Positions 43,841-54,872 of a DNA stretch of 57,118 nt are shown here, piece after piece. A program made the position numbers and the translations under genes. The notes below the pieces were generated by a model. That model was not told the DNA's origin and made no database searches. It saw only the letters and a program-made list of their open reading frames with translations. How positions within the stretch are numbered: position 1 is the stretch's first letter; each line of letters starts with the position of its first letter. Origin of the DNA: Deltaproteobacteria bacterium CG11_big_fil_rev_8_21_14_0_20_49_13 (GTDB lineage: Bacteria > UBA10199 > GCA-002796325 > 1-14-0-20-49-13); assembly GCA_002796305.1 (NCBI GenBank), contig PCWZ01000049.1, positions 1-57,118 on the forward strand. The letters run 5' to 3'.

Positions 43841-45522
43841 CCTCCCACCTCGCAGATCTTCGCCTTTATCCTTTCAACATCTTCAGGCCTTGCGTCCTTC
43901 TTGCCGTTCAATATGTTCAATATCCTTTTATAGACAACAAGCGCCTGTCTATTATCGTTCCTGGCCTTGTCAACGTCACCAAGATGCTCGAGCACCGTGA
44001 ACTCTTTCGGGAGAAGCCTTGCCGCCTGTGTAAGTATCTCGTGGGCCTTGGTAAGATCGCCCTTCTTGAAGTAAAGCCATCCAAGGCTGTCTAGAATATA
44101 GCCGTCGTTCGGCTTTAGCGAGGCGGCGTCCTGCAACATGTTCTCGGCCTCTTCCAGATTCTCTCCCGTCTCAACATAAGTATAGCCGACATAATTAAGC
44201 GCGTTGGCGTTCTTTGGATTTATCTCGATCACCTTTAGCATCGTCTCAACCGCGTTATCAATATCCTCCGCCTTGTCGTATGAGACGGCCAAGGCAAAGG
44301 CCAGCTTTTCATTATCCGGAAGCTCAGACACCCCCTCCTTCAGAACATCAATTGTCTTTTTCATCTTCTGGTCGGGCTCAAGAAGCGCCGCCATGTAAAG
44401 ATAAAGATCGGGCTCGTCCTTCCTTTCCTTGATTGCAGACTCTATGGCCCGCACCGCCTCCGCATGGTTCTTGTGCAAAACATGGTACTGGGCCATATTT
44501 ATTCGGGCGTCCTTGTAGAAGTTTGATTTCACCGGGACCATATTGAAGTGTTCTATTGCTTTATCGGTGTCCCCGGACTCGGCATAGATAACGCCTAGGT
44601 AATATCTTATCTTGTCCGATTCGGGGTTCGCCTCAAGAACGCTTTCGAACTTTGCGGCCGCTTTTTTGAAATCGCCCAGTTCATAATATACAAGCGCGAT
44701 CTTCAGCTGGATAGATATGTCCTCCGGATCGATCTCTTCTATCTCAAGTAGCTTCTTAAGTGCCTTCTTTGTATCCTTTTTATCAAGATAGATCTGGGCA
44801 ATGGCGGACTGGATCTGGAGGTTGTCCGGTTCCGACTCAAGGACCTTCTGATAATTGGCTATCGCCTTATCGTACTGTTTCAAAAAGGTCCCATAGATGA
44901 GGCCTAAATAAAAATAAGGGACCGTTGACTCAGGGTCGGCCTTTGCAAGCCTTTGCATGGTAACCGCCGACTCATTATACCTCTTCATGGCAATATACTC
45001 TCTGGAGAGCTGCGTGTAGGCCTCCGCCTCCAGAGGATAATCTCTTATAATTCTCTCTAAAACGTCTACCGCCTCTGCATGTTGTTCCTGGATAGAATAG
45101 AGCTTTGCGAGCAGGAGTCGTGCCTGAACCAGTTTTGGAGAGAGTTCAAGCGCCTTTTCAGTGGCCACAACGGCGGCCTCAAGATGCTTTTGGTCCGCCG
45201 CATCTATTGCTATCTCATAGTAGAGATAACCGTAATCCGGATACTTATTTATGACGAGCTCCATCTCTTTTCTGGCCGCGTCATATTGGCCTTTTAGGGC
45301 CAACTCCTCCGCGTTCAAGAAGTGCATATAAACTTCTGCGGACTCTTTTTCGTCGAGGGTCTCTTTGTGGATACCGTCGGTCACCTTAACAGCGTATCGC
45401 TTGCCTCCGTGGGCGCAGGAGAAAAGAAGCAGGAAGCAGGAAGCAAGAAGCAAGAAGTATGATAGAATTTTTCCGGCCTTCTGCGCCTGATTTCCCCTAA
45501 CATTTCTCATACTTGCGTACAT
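43834..45522 (-). CDS. TPR-repeat lipoprotein/secreted protein
   Basis: Signal peptide with lipobox-like YFLLLASCFLLLFSCA. More than 10 TPR units. Confidence 0.75.
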   Translation of the reverse strand: MYASMRNVRGNQAQKAGKILSYFLLLASCFLLLFSCAHGGKRYAVKVTDGIHKETLDEKESAEVYMHFLNAEELALKGQYDAARKEMELVINKYPDYGYLYYEIAIDAADQKHLEAAVVATEKALELSPKLVQARLLLAKLYSIQEQHAEAVDVLERIIRDYPLEAEAYTQLSREYIAMKRYNESAVTMQRLAKADPESTVPYFYLGLIYGTFLKQYDKAIANYQKVLESEPDNLQIQSAIAQIYLDKKDTKKALKKLLEIEEIDPEDISIQLKIALVYYELGDFKKAAAKFESVLEANPESDKIRYYLGVIYAESGDTDKAIEHFNMVPVKSNFYKDARINMAQYHVLHKNHAEAVRAIESAIKERKDEPDLYLYMAALLEPDQKMKKTIDVLKEGVSELPDNEKLAFALAVSYDKAEDIDNAVETMLKVIEINPKNANALNYVGYTYVETGENLEEAENMLQDAASLKPNDGYILDSLGWLYFKKGDLTKAHEILTQAARLLPKEFTVLEHLGDVDKARNDNRQALVVYKRILNILNGKKDARPEDVERIKAKICEVGGC

Positions 45523-45523
45523 A

Positions 45524-46258
45524 TCACCTCTTCACCCACCAGGCAAGAAATTCCACGTTCCCATCGGCGCCGGTTATGGGGGATCTTGTCAAACCATTTT
45601 TCACCCACTTTAAACCGTCTGCGGCCTCCATGACCTTATTTACACACTCCTCTCTCACCTTTTCATCCCTGACTATTCCACCTTTTCCCACCTTGCCTTT
45701 GCCCGCCTCAAACTGCGGCTTTATGAGAGCGATGATGTCACCGTCGTTTTGGAGCAATCTATCAACATGCGGCAGGACCTTTTCGAGCGAGACGAAGGAA
45801 ACGTCGATCACGGCCACTCCCAACTTGTTCAACCTGCCAACTTGTTCAACTTTCCTTATATTCGTCTTCTCCATCACCACCACGCGCGGATCATTTCTTA
45901 ATTTCCAATCGAGCTGGTTATAACCGACATCGATGGCATAGACCTTTGCCGCACCGTTCTGAAGTAGGCAGTCGGTGAATCCTCCTGTAGATGCCCCGAC
46001 ATCCACGCAGACCCTGTCTTTAACATCTATCTTGAACTCTTTTAGAGCATGAGCAAGCTTCACTCCTCCGCGCCCGACATAGGGATGGTCCTGGCCTGTG
46101 ATCCTGATAACGGCCTCTTCATTTACAAACTGTCCCGATTTTGTGACAGGGACCTCGTTCACAAGGACACATCCGGCCATAATAAGGCTCTGGGCCTTCT
46201 CGCGCGACCGAATAAGGCCTTTTTCGAAGAGGAGCTTGTCTATTCTGATCTTTTTCAT
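45524..46258 (-). CDS. tlyA: TlyA-family rRNA 2'-O-methyltransferase (S4 + FtsJ domains)
   Basis: KIRIDKLLFEKGLIRSREKAQ (S4), VGRGG.KL and DVGASTGGFTDCLLQNGA. Confidence 0.88.
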   Translation of the reverse strand: MKKIRIDKLLFEKGLIRSREKAQSLIMAGCVLVNEVPVTKSGQFVNEEAVIRITGQDHPYVGRGGVKLAHALKEFKIDVKDRVCVDVGASTGGFTDCLLQNGAAKVYAIDVGYNQLDWKLRNDPRVVVMEKTNIRKVEQVGRLNKLGVAVIDVSFVSLEKVLPHVDRLLQNDGDIIALIKPQFEAGKGKVGKGGIVRDEKVREECVNKVMEAADGLKWVKNGLTRSPITGADGNVEFLAWWVKR

Positions 46259-46541
46259 GAACTCTGACCCCGGTTCAAATATAGGCAGGTTTTAATGAAA
46301 GTATCAACGCCAAGATTCTTGTACCACAACCGCCCGAAACAGCGTTTACTTAACTGAAACCGCTACTGCCCGGTTAAATTGGGAATAGCGAGAGTTGGGA
46401 TGATATAGCTTTGACGCGTCTTTCCTTTTCACTCTCCGTTGATCACATAAAATCATCACATATGGTCTCGCATATGCAGGCACTTTTGAACATCAGTGAA
46501 TTACGGACGAAATTTAGGGATTTGGAACATCTATTAATACG

Positions 46542-46624
46542 GGGCGCCTCTAAAAACCTGTTTGTTCTGTCATTGCGAGCCCCGAAGGGGCGCGGCAATC
46601 TCTAAGCAAACACTTGATTTATGG
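46542..46624 (+). mobile_element. MITE family 1, diverged left half (copy B)
   Basis: GGGCGCCTCTAAAAAC...CTGTCATTGCGAGCCCCGAAGGGGCGCGGCAATC...AACACTTGATTTATGG aligns to the left half of copy A. Confidence 0.7.
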
Positions 46625-47004
46625 CCCTTCCGGTGTTCAGGATTGAAATGGTCTATCTGGACATCATTTCCCAGCAGATAAACAGGGTGAAGATGGTGCA
46701 CGGTCATTTTTATCTGGTCGTAGCCAAGCCTCTTTCACCGGAGAGCGATAAAAAGGCCCATTCCGCAGAGCTCAGCCGTATCGAATCAGGGCTTAAAGAT
46801 GTATTTGGCGAAAAGGCGGTCGTCTTCAAATATGGCTCCAGATTAGTGATAGCCGTACTTGACAGCGATCTTAGGAACACTGAACCCTTTATGGACGCGC
46901 TTGATAAGAAGAAAGAGGAAGGGTTCCAAGTGGAGATCATCTCCTATCCACAAGATGGCATAACATCGGAAGAACTTATGGAAAGGGTGCTCGCCAGATA
47001 TTGA
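46621..47004 (+). CDS. Hypothetical protein; resembles the second half of a degenerate GGDEF domain
   Basis: VFKYGSRLVIAVLDSD...ISYPQDGITSEELMERV resembles (R)YGGDEF...yP.dG...eeLl. The ATG is part of the MITE half-copy. Confidence 0.4.
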   Translation: MALPVFRIEMVYLDIISQQINRVKMVHGHFYLVVAKPLSPESDKKAHSAELSRIESGLKDVFGEKAVVFKYGSRLVIAVLDSDLRNTEPFMDALDKKKEEGFQVEIISYPQDGITSEELMERVLARY

Positions 47005-47005
47005 A

Positions 47006-47147
47006 GGGCACCTCTATAAACCCATTGTTATGTCATTGCGAGGAGCGTCCAGCGACGAAGCAATCTCCATAAATCAAGTGTTTATGGGGGATTGCCGCGC
47101 CCCTTCGGGGCTCGCAATGACAGCGTGAGTAGTTTATAGAAGTGCCC
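47006..47147 (-). mobile_element. 142-bp MITE-like element, family 1, copy C (inverted relative to copy A)
   Basis: The reverse complement equals 31333-31474 apart from one mismatch in the terminal repeat. Confidence 0.8.
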
Positions 47148-48182
47148 TGAAGGTATTATGGAAAGAAAAGTGAACACGAAGAACAAATATGTCATCCCCG
47201 CGAAAGCGGGAATCCAGCCGTTCTCAAGGCCGTAGCGTTCAAGAAGCGAGCACGCAGTTTCATATTCTTCCGTTGTCAGGCGGCGATTTATGACGGGATC
47301 TTCTGCCGCCTTGTGGGCCGGGAAATATTGGCTCATGAAACTAATGTGGGTCTTTGGTGATATTTCTTCGGATATGAACTTAAGCACCTCTTCTGTCCCT
47401 GAAAGCTTGCCGGGTAGAATTAAGTGCCTGATAATAAGCCCTTGTTTGGCGATTCCGTTTTCGTCGAGCTTAAGACCGCCCACCTGACGATACATTTCTT
47501 TAACGGACAAGCGGACGACATCCCAATAATTTGCGGCAGATGAATAGTGTTCGGCAATATCATTAGACGAATATTTAATGTCCGGCATGTAAATATCGAC
47601 CACACCGTCAAGTAGCCGCAACGACTCCATGCCGTCGTATCCGTTCGAATTCCAGACGATGGGGAGATTCATGTGCCCGCTTCTCGACTCCGCTTCGCTT
47701 CGCTCGAAAACTATGCTGCTCGAGCGACCCTGCCGCACAGCAGGGGAGTAGAGAACCGATCTCCTGTTTAGCTTTGCAAGATAAAACCCCGCCAGAAATT
47801 GTGGTACTACATGTGAACCGGTAACTATATTGATATTGTGACAGCCGCGCGCCGAAAGAGATAACATCATCTCCGCAAGCACCAACGGCCCCGCATCGCT
47901 CCCGTTGCCTAACCAGCTTATGGGATAGTTCTGACAGAATTTGCATTTAAGGTTGCATGATCCGAAAAATATCGTCCCGCTCCCCCTTGTCCCTGATATC
48001 GGCGGCTCTTCGCCGGCATGGACGTTGTGACTTGCGACCTTTGCCGTCTTCCCCGTGTGGCAAACGCCCGTTTTCCCCTGAATGCGATCGACCCCACAAT
48101 TTCTAGGGCATAATTTACAAGAACGAAGCGCCGTGTAGGCCAAACCAACCCTTTCTCGTAACTGATCTGAAGAAATGAGCAT
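47082..48182 (-). CDS. Radical SAM protein, PflX-like (COG1313, pyruvate formate-lyase activase homologue)
   Basis: Start taken at the ATG at 48182, because the ORF-track start at 48380 overlaps the OPT gene. CKLCPRNCGVDR...GVC, EEPPISGTRGSGTIFFGSCNLKCKFCQNYPIS. The C-terminal tail runs into repeat elements. Confidence 0.75.
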   Translation of the reverse strand: MLISSDQLRERVGLAYTALRSCKLCPRNCGVDRIQGKTGVCHTGKTAKVASHNVHAGEEPPISGTRGSGTIFFGSCNLKCKFCQNYPISWLGNGSDAGPLVLAEMMLSLSARGCHNINIVTGSHVVPQFLAGFYLAKLNRRSVLYSPAVRQGRSSSIVFERSEAESRSGHMNLPIVWNSNGYDGMESLRLLDGVVDIYMPDIKYSSNDIAEHYSSAANYWDVVRLSVKEMYRQVGGLKLDENGIAKQGLIIRHLILPGKLSGTEEVLKFISEEISPKTHISFMSQYFPAHKAAEDPVINRRLTTEEYETACSLLERYGLENGWIPAFAGMTYLFFVFTFLSIIPSGHFYKLLTLSLRAPKGRGNPP

Positions 48183-48186
48183 ATAG

Positions 48187-48273
48187 CCAGCAAATCTAGC
48201 AAGGCCAGCAAGGCTAGCAATGGGGAAGTTTTTAACCTTGCTTGCATTGCTGGCTTGAAGCCTTGCTGGCCTT
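48187..48273. repeat. Imperfect long palindrome built from 9-mer units (CYAGCAARG)
   Basis: AAGGCCAGCAAGGCT (48201-48215) pairs with AGCCTTGCTGGCCTT (48259-48273). Inner AGCAATG pairs with CATTGCT. Confidence 0.6.
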
Positions 48274-48282
48274 ATGACATTG

Positions 48283-50295
48283 TTATTTTTTAACTCTTCT
48301 GGCATCCCAGAACATATAGTAACAAAGGAGCATGACCATCCCAAGTCCCAGCCAGTTTCCCCAATATCCGTCGTTGGCAAGGTCGGGCAGGATATGCAAG
48401 TTCTTCTCCTGCTCTATCCATCTGATAAGCGCTGTCACAACGCCTATTAAGGCGCCGCCGGCAACAAGACCGGACGAGACAAGAGTTCCCCTCTCAGTAT
48501 ATCTTGCCTCTAATACTTCGTCCTTCTTTGCCGTCTTTCCAACAAGCCATGAGACCGTTGCTCCAACCAAAAGCGGAAAGTTGATCTCAAGCGGCAGATA
48601 GAGACCGAGGCCGACCGCCAAGGGGGCAACCCCAAGCATTTCCATTAATACGGCTATCACCGCGCCCACCGCATATAGGAACCACGGTGCGCCTGTAGAC
48701 ATAAAGCTTCCGATAACGGCCGCCATTGCGTTGGCCTGAGGTGCCGGCAGAGGATGCGGATGTTCCGGAGACGGGGCGTATCCATAGACCTTTGCGAGAA
48801 GGACCATGATAGATGCCGTGACCGCGGCGGCGATTACCGAGCCAAATATGTTCGCGATCTGAACCTTCTTAGGTGTCGCGCCGAACCAATATGATATTTT
48901 AAGTTGCGTTATTAAAGAACCCGACATCGAAAGCGCCGTGCAGACAACGCCTCCTACAAGCAACGCCGCCACCATCCCCTCTTTGCCCGTCACCCCGGCC
49001 TTTGCCATTACAATGATGGTAATAAGAAGAGTAAGCATTGTCATGCCCGAAATGGGCGTCGTACTTATCGTCGCTATCGCGTAGGCCGAGACGCTGTTGA
49101 AGAGGAAGGTTAAGAGGAACGTGGAAACAAGGCCTATAGAAGCAAGAACGAACGGGTTGGATTGCCCGGTCAGGACCGAATATCTGAAATAGCACCATAT
49201 GACAATAAGGTCTACTATGGTCAGGAAAAGGACAAGCGTCATGGGAATGTCGCGCTCGGTCCTTTCAGCTACGCGTTCACCGCCATGCTTGGACCTTGAT
49301 CTTATAACATCGCCCAGGCCCTCAACCGTCGACTTGTATATGATGGGGATGAACTTGATGATGGCCAGTATCCCCGCCATGAATATTGAACCGATACCTA
49401 TCATCCTTGCGTATTTGGAATATATGTCACCGGCGCTCATTGCGGCAAAGGTGGTCCCGCCGCCAAGATCGCCGAAATAGGCTATCATGGGGACCAGCAC
49501 GAACGACGAAAGGATACCGCCGGTCGCCATCATTAAAGTATATCTGATACCTATAATGTAGCCCATTGCGGTTATCGCAGCCCCTGTGCTATTCGAAAAT
49601 ACAACCTTGAACTTGTTCGTAAGTATAGAGCAAGAACCTATTATGTCGGTCGAAAATGTCTCGCGCCATGCCCTGAGCGATACACAGAAAAGGTCATAAA
49701 CTCCACCGATCAACATTGTATAGACCAGAACAAGCGCGTCGCGTCCGCCTTTTCTGCCGGCCACGAGTATCTCTGCCGTGGCGGTCGCTTCGGGGAACGG
49801 GAACTTACCATGCATGTCGGCCACAAAATATCTGCGAAGAGGTATCAATAGCATCACGCCAAGGACAGAACCCAAGAAAGGGATCAGAAACAGCTGAAAT
49901 GTATTTGTATATTGGTCGAGCCCCATGACATATAGGGCCGGCAGAACAAAGACCGCGCCGCCGGTTATTATGCCTGAGGTTGAGCCGATGGCTATTATCA
50001 TCACGTTCTCGAGCAACGTGTTCCGGCGTTTGAACATGTAAGAAATGCCTACAGAAAGTATCGCGATAGGTATCGCCGCCTCGAGCCCCGTTCCTATCTT
50101 AAGCGTCAGATATGCAATGGCCGCAGAAAAGATAATGCACATTATGATGCCCAAGAACACCGATCTGAACGTTACTTCCGCAACATCGTCGCCGCTTTTG
50201 ATCATCGGCACATATTTTTCGCCCGGCTTCAACTCGCGCCGCGCATTCTCGGGCAACCCAACATGTTCTTCAGCCATACTAACCCCCGTTATCAA
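48283..50295 (-). CDS. OPT-family oligopeptide transporter
   Basis: 670 aa with about 16 hydrophobic helices. The N-terminal ELKPGEKYVP...EVTFRSV segment is typical of bacterial OPT proteins. Confidence 0.8.
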   Translation of the reverse strand: MITGVSMAEEHVGLPENARRELKPGEKYVPMIKSGDDVAEVTFRSVFLGIIMCIIFSAAIAYLTLKIGTGLEAAIPIAILSVGISYMFKRRNTLLENVMIIAIGSTSGIITGGAVFVLPALYVMGLDQYTNTFQLFLIPFLGSVLGVMLLIPLRRYFVADMHGKFPFPEATATAEILVAGRKGGRDALVLVYTMLIGGVYDLFCVSLRAWRETFSTDIIGSCSILTNKFKVVFSNSTGAAITAMGYIIGIRYTLMMATGGILSSFVLVPMIAYFGDLGGGTTFAAMSAGDIYSKYARMIGIGSIFMAGILAIIKFIPIIYKSTVEGLGDVIRSRSKHGGERVAERTERDIPMTLVLFLTIVDLIVIWCYFRYSVLTGQSNPFVLASIGLVSTFLLTFLFNSVSAYAIATISTTPISGMTMLTLLITIIVMAKAGVTGKEGMVAALLVGGVVCTALSMSGSLITQLKISYWFGATPKKVQIANIFGSVIAAAVTASIMVLLAKVYGYAPSPEHPHPLPAPQANAMAAVIGSFMSTGAPWFLYAVGAVIAVLMEMLGVAPLAVGLGLYLPLEINFPLLVGATVSWLVGKTAKKDEVLEARYTERGTLVSSGLVAGGALIGVVTALIRWIEQEKNLHILPDLANDGYWGNWLGLGMVMLLCYYMFWDARRVKK

Positions 50296-50369
50296 GTTTA
50301 CAGGTTAGCAAATCCCCAGGTTAAAACCTGCCAACCTGCCAACAAACTTGCTATCCTTTTTTAAAAGAT

Positions 50370-50399
50370 TTGACAAGTACGTTATTGCGGGGCTAATCA
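50370..50399 (+). promoter_or_regulatory. sigma-70 promoter candidate (TTGACA-18 nt-TAATCA)
   Basis: Read directly from the sequence. It ends 8 nt before the ATG at 50408. Confidence 0.35.
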
Positions 50400-50407
50400 T
50401 CCATTCC

Positions 50408-50788
50408 ATGAAACCGATAAATACAGAAAAAGCCCCCAAGGCCGTAGGTCCTTATTCGCAGGCGATAAAGACGGGAAATCTTATTTTCTGCTCCGGTCAG
50501 ATACCCATCGACCCGACAACGAACGAGCTAAAGCTATTTGAAGGCGATGTGGCCGCTCAAACCACCTTAGCGCTTTCAAATCTGAAGGCCGTTCTGGCGT
50601 CCCAGGGTCTGACCCTTTCGAATGTCGTGAAAACGGGCGTTTTTCTTGCGGATATGAACGATTTTGCCAAGATGAACGAGGTCTATGCGAAAGAATTCGG
50701 CGAACACAAACCTGCGCGCGCCTGCATCCAGGCGGCAAGGCTCCCCAAAGATGTCCGGGTCGAGATCGAAGCGATAGCAGAAATCTAA
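50408..50788 (+). CDS. ridA: RidA/YjgF-family reactive enamine/imine deaminase
   Basis: [33 protein letters not shown]...[22 protein letters not shown]. The start is moved to the ATG at 50408. Confidence 0.88.
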   Translation: MKPINTEKAPKAVGPYSQAIKTGNLIFCSGQIPIDPTTNELKLFEGDVAAQTTLALSNLKAVLASQGLTLSNVVKTGVFLADMNDFAKMNEVYAKEFGEHKPARACIQAARLPKDVRVEIEAIAEI

Positions 50789-50802
50789 AGCATATTTATT
50801 GA

Positions 50803-52206
<1,404 letters not shown>

Positions 52207-52209
52207 AAA

Positions 52210-54567
52210 TTATCTTAATACCGCGTTTGGGTGGTCTACGGCGAATGAATTGCCGCCGTTCATTGTAGATATGGCGGTGTATGTCTTCTGCAGGAGTTGA
52301 ACGGCGAACGCGACGTTGTGAATACCTACGCTCCCGTCATTAGCTATCAAATTATGATCAAAGACCGCCCTCCTCACGTCAATAGGGCTTGCGTTCTGTT
52401 TAGCCTGCGAGGCGTAGGTAAGACCGGCGACCGTTATCGTTCCGTCGGCAGCCTGCGTTGTGCCCGCGGCGACGTTCACTGTGTCTATGGATTTAATCTT
52501 ATTGGTAAGGGCAAGTAGCAACCCCTTGTTCTCGTCCTGGATGCCGCCAATAGTTCCATTACCATCATAATCGGCGCGCGCGGTTCGGTTAAGGGAGGTC
52601 AAGCCTGTATGACACGGCGTACATGTGGCGGTAAACTCGTTCCCGCCACTAGACATCGCCCACGTGTGCCCGCCAAGCGTCCTATATCCGGCCTCTTCTG
52701 CGGTTGGGGCGGTCCCCATGTGACAGGTCACACATTTATTATTTTCGCTTGATTTTGATGCGTCGCCGGAGCCGTTCGCCAGCGTGAACAGGCTCGATGA
52801 ATGGAATGAATTCTCTGTGAGCGTAAAATCGTATGAACTGTTCGAGAAATGCGTGACGGCGCCAAGGCCTTCCAGCACAAAGGACTGCGGATTATGATGG
52901 ATCTGGCGGAAATACTGCGTTGCAAGCTGATCTATCGTTTCGCATGCCACATCGGCTGTACCGTCACCGTTGGAATCGCAGTCTATCTCGCCCTTGACAT
53001 AATAGCCATCATGACATGTGTAACAGACCGCCGCCTCGCCGGCATCTACCTGTGTCCCTGCATCATCTAACATTGTAACAACACCTTTGCGCCGCAACTG
53101 TGTTGAGTTGTTGCCGCTTACGGAAGGGAGCCCCGTCATCGGATCGGCCGCCGTGGAATGTGGGTCGTGACATGCCTGGCAGCTGACACCGACATCGTTA
53201 GATGTCTGGGCGGTGACCGTGTCGCCTTCGACATATTGAATAAACCCGGCCGTTGTATGACAACGGGCACACCCGGCGCCGGGCCACGAGGACAGGCGAT
53301 ATCTACCGGCGTTGTTCTTTATGCCCGTTTCATTATGTGCCGCAACCTTCCATTCCGCCTCTTGTGAATGGCATTTGCCGCAGATACCTGAATCCCATTT
53401 GCTAAAGGCAATTCGCGAGGCGTCACCATTATGATCGGCGCCGGGGCCATGACAATTTTCACACTGCACATTAGTTAAGGGTGCAAGTGTCGGATTATCA
53501 CTTATGAACTGATCCCATGTGGTCCCGGTAGAAGGAAAACTGTAACCGGCGTCCGTTACAAGGTCATCGAAACCGCCGTTAACCGCCGTCGCCGCCGTGT
53601 CATATCCCACCGTATGGCATTCCCAGCAATATGGTTGCGGGGCCTTTGACTTATAAGAGCCTGTCGCCTTCTGGAAGATAACGGAATGGCCGGTCTCCTC
53701 CCATTCGGACGTGGTGTCGGGTTCTTCCGTCCCATTATGGCAGGCCCCGCACTGGCCGACGCTTTCGTCAGGTGTTGTTCCATCTATCGTTCCCGCCCCG
53801 ACATATGTGCTCGCAGTGACCGTGATCGCGCCGTTCGTGGCGGCTGATACTGATGTGTAAGCTATCGTATAGACACCATCGATATCGGGTGTAAAATTGG
53901 GGATCTCAAGCGCCGAATTAAGATTTCCGGTGTCTTCAAATATCGCCGAAGACCCTGCCGCAGGCGTGAGTGTCCATGTCCAGTCGGTAACAGCTGTGCT
54001 TGCCGTGCTTGAGTTGGCTTTGAGTGAGGGGCCGGCAAGATAGACCTTTTCACCGACACCGACATTTGTAAGACCGGTGGTGGTCCTTATTTCGTTGCCG
54101 GCATCAAAAAGATAGACCGTAAATGTCGTGATGCCGGAATTATTATTTGCGTCTGTCGCCGTCAGTCGAAATATCAATACCGCATCATCGCGTGATACCG
54201 GCAGCGCCTGCCAGCGATACTGATCTGATGCATTTAAAATCGCCGGCATTGCGGGTGCGCCGAACGTGAACGTCTGTGATACGGCGTCACCTGCAACCGT
54301 AACCGCCGGACCCGATATCTGCTCCCATTCATATCCTGTTATAGCGCTACCATCTGCAGTACTGCTCGTCGCGCCTGAAAGTATCAGGCCGGCGGCACTG
54401 AAATTTGCCTTGTAGGCCGCTTGTGAGTGATAGGTGAACGTGTCGATACCGGTGCTGGCGGTTATCGCCGCGGTCACGTTGTTTGCCGGAGTCTCGCTCC
54501 CGGATGAACATGCACAAAAGAACGCCAATTGCAGAACAAAGATCGCTAAAATAATTCTTTTGAACAT
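52210..54567 (-). CDS. Large nonahaem c-type cytochrome lipoprotein with N-terminal Ig/PKD-like domains
   Basis: Nine CxxCH motifs (CGACH, CWECH, CENCH, CGKCH, CARCH, CQACH, CYTCH, CVTCH, CTPCH). Leader MFKRIILAIFVLQLAFFCAC. The start at 54567 forms TGATG coupling with the upstream stop (the ORF-track start is 54594). Confidence 0.8.
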   Translation of the reverse strand: MFKRIILAIFVLQLAFFCACSSGSETPANNVTAAITASTGIDTFTYHSQAAYKANFSAAGLILSGATSSTADGSAITGYEWEQISGPAVTVAGDAVSQTFTFGAPAMPAILNASDQYRWQALPVSRDDAVLIFRLTATDANNNSGITTFTVYLFDAGNEIRTTTGLTNVGVGEKVYLAGPSLKANSSTASTAVTDWTWTLTPAAGSSAIFEDTGNLNSALEIPNFTPDIDGVYTIAYTSVSAATNGAITVTASTYVGAGTIDGTTPDESVGQCGACHNGTEEPDTTSEWEETGHSVIFQKATGSYKSKAPQPYCWECHTVGYDTAATAVNGGFDDLVTDAGYSFPSTGTTWDQFISDNPTLAPLTNVQCENCHGPGADHNGDASRIAFSKWDSGICGKCHSQEAEWKVAAHNETGIKNNAGRYRLSSWPGAGCARCHTTAGFIQYVEGDTVTAQTSNDVGVSCQACHDPHSTAADPMTGLPSVSGNNSTQLRRKGVVTMLDDAGTQVDAGEAAVCYTCHDGYYVKGEIDCDSNGDGTADVACETIDQLATQYFRQIHHNPQSFVLEGLGAVTHFSNSSYDFTLTENSFHSSSLFTLANGSGDASKSSENNKCVTCHMGTAPTAEEAGYRTLGGHTWAMSSGGNEFTATCTPCHTGLTSLNRTARADYDGNGTIGGIQDENKGLLLALTNKIKSIDTVNVAAGTTQAADGTITVAGLTYASQAKQNASPIDVRRAVFDHNLIANDGSVGIHNVAFAVQLLQKTYTAISTMNGGNSFAVDHPNAVLR

Positions 54568-54866
54568 CACTCTACCCCATTGGTGCCGTGACAAGAGGCA
54601 CAGCTGGAAAGCCCTTCTGTCTCCGTCATATGTCTTATCGCGGCAAGATTTAGACCTGTGCCGGTGCGGTCGTTCTGGTGGATATTATCTAGGTTGTGGC
54701 AGTCAAAGCAGGTGGATTTCCCCCAACCCGTCGTGTGCTCTGCCTGAGTTAAGAGTAGCCCTGCATCCGTTCCGGCAAGGTCGCCGTAGTCCTCGCCCTG
54801 AATGGTTTCCTGACTCCCGCAACCGGCGAGCATTACAAAAAGGGCTATGAACATAAATATCTTCAT
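54567..54866 (-). CDS. Small dihaem c-type cytochrome lipoprotein
   Basis: Lipobox MLAGCGS. CFDCH and CASCH motifs. Confidence 0.75.
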   Translation of the reverse strand: MKIFMFIALFVMLAGCGSQETIQGEDYGDLAGTDAGLLLTQAEHTTGWGKSTCFDCHNLDNIHQNDRTGTGLNLAAIRHMTETEGLSSCASCHGTNGVE

Positions 54867-54872
54867 AATGAC

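Noticed and set aside
46411-46605. 64-aa ORF ending in ...SLRAPKGRGNL
   Set aside because: Its C-terminus is simply the translation of the MITE half-copy. There is no RBS.
47082-48380. Full 432-aa version of the PflX-like ORF
   Set aside because: The first 66 codons overlap the 3' end of the OPT gene and the 9-mer palindrome. Homology to the COG1313 pattern starts after the ATG at 48182.
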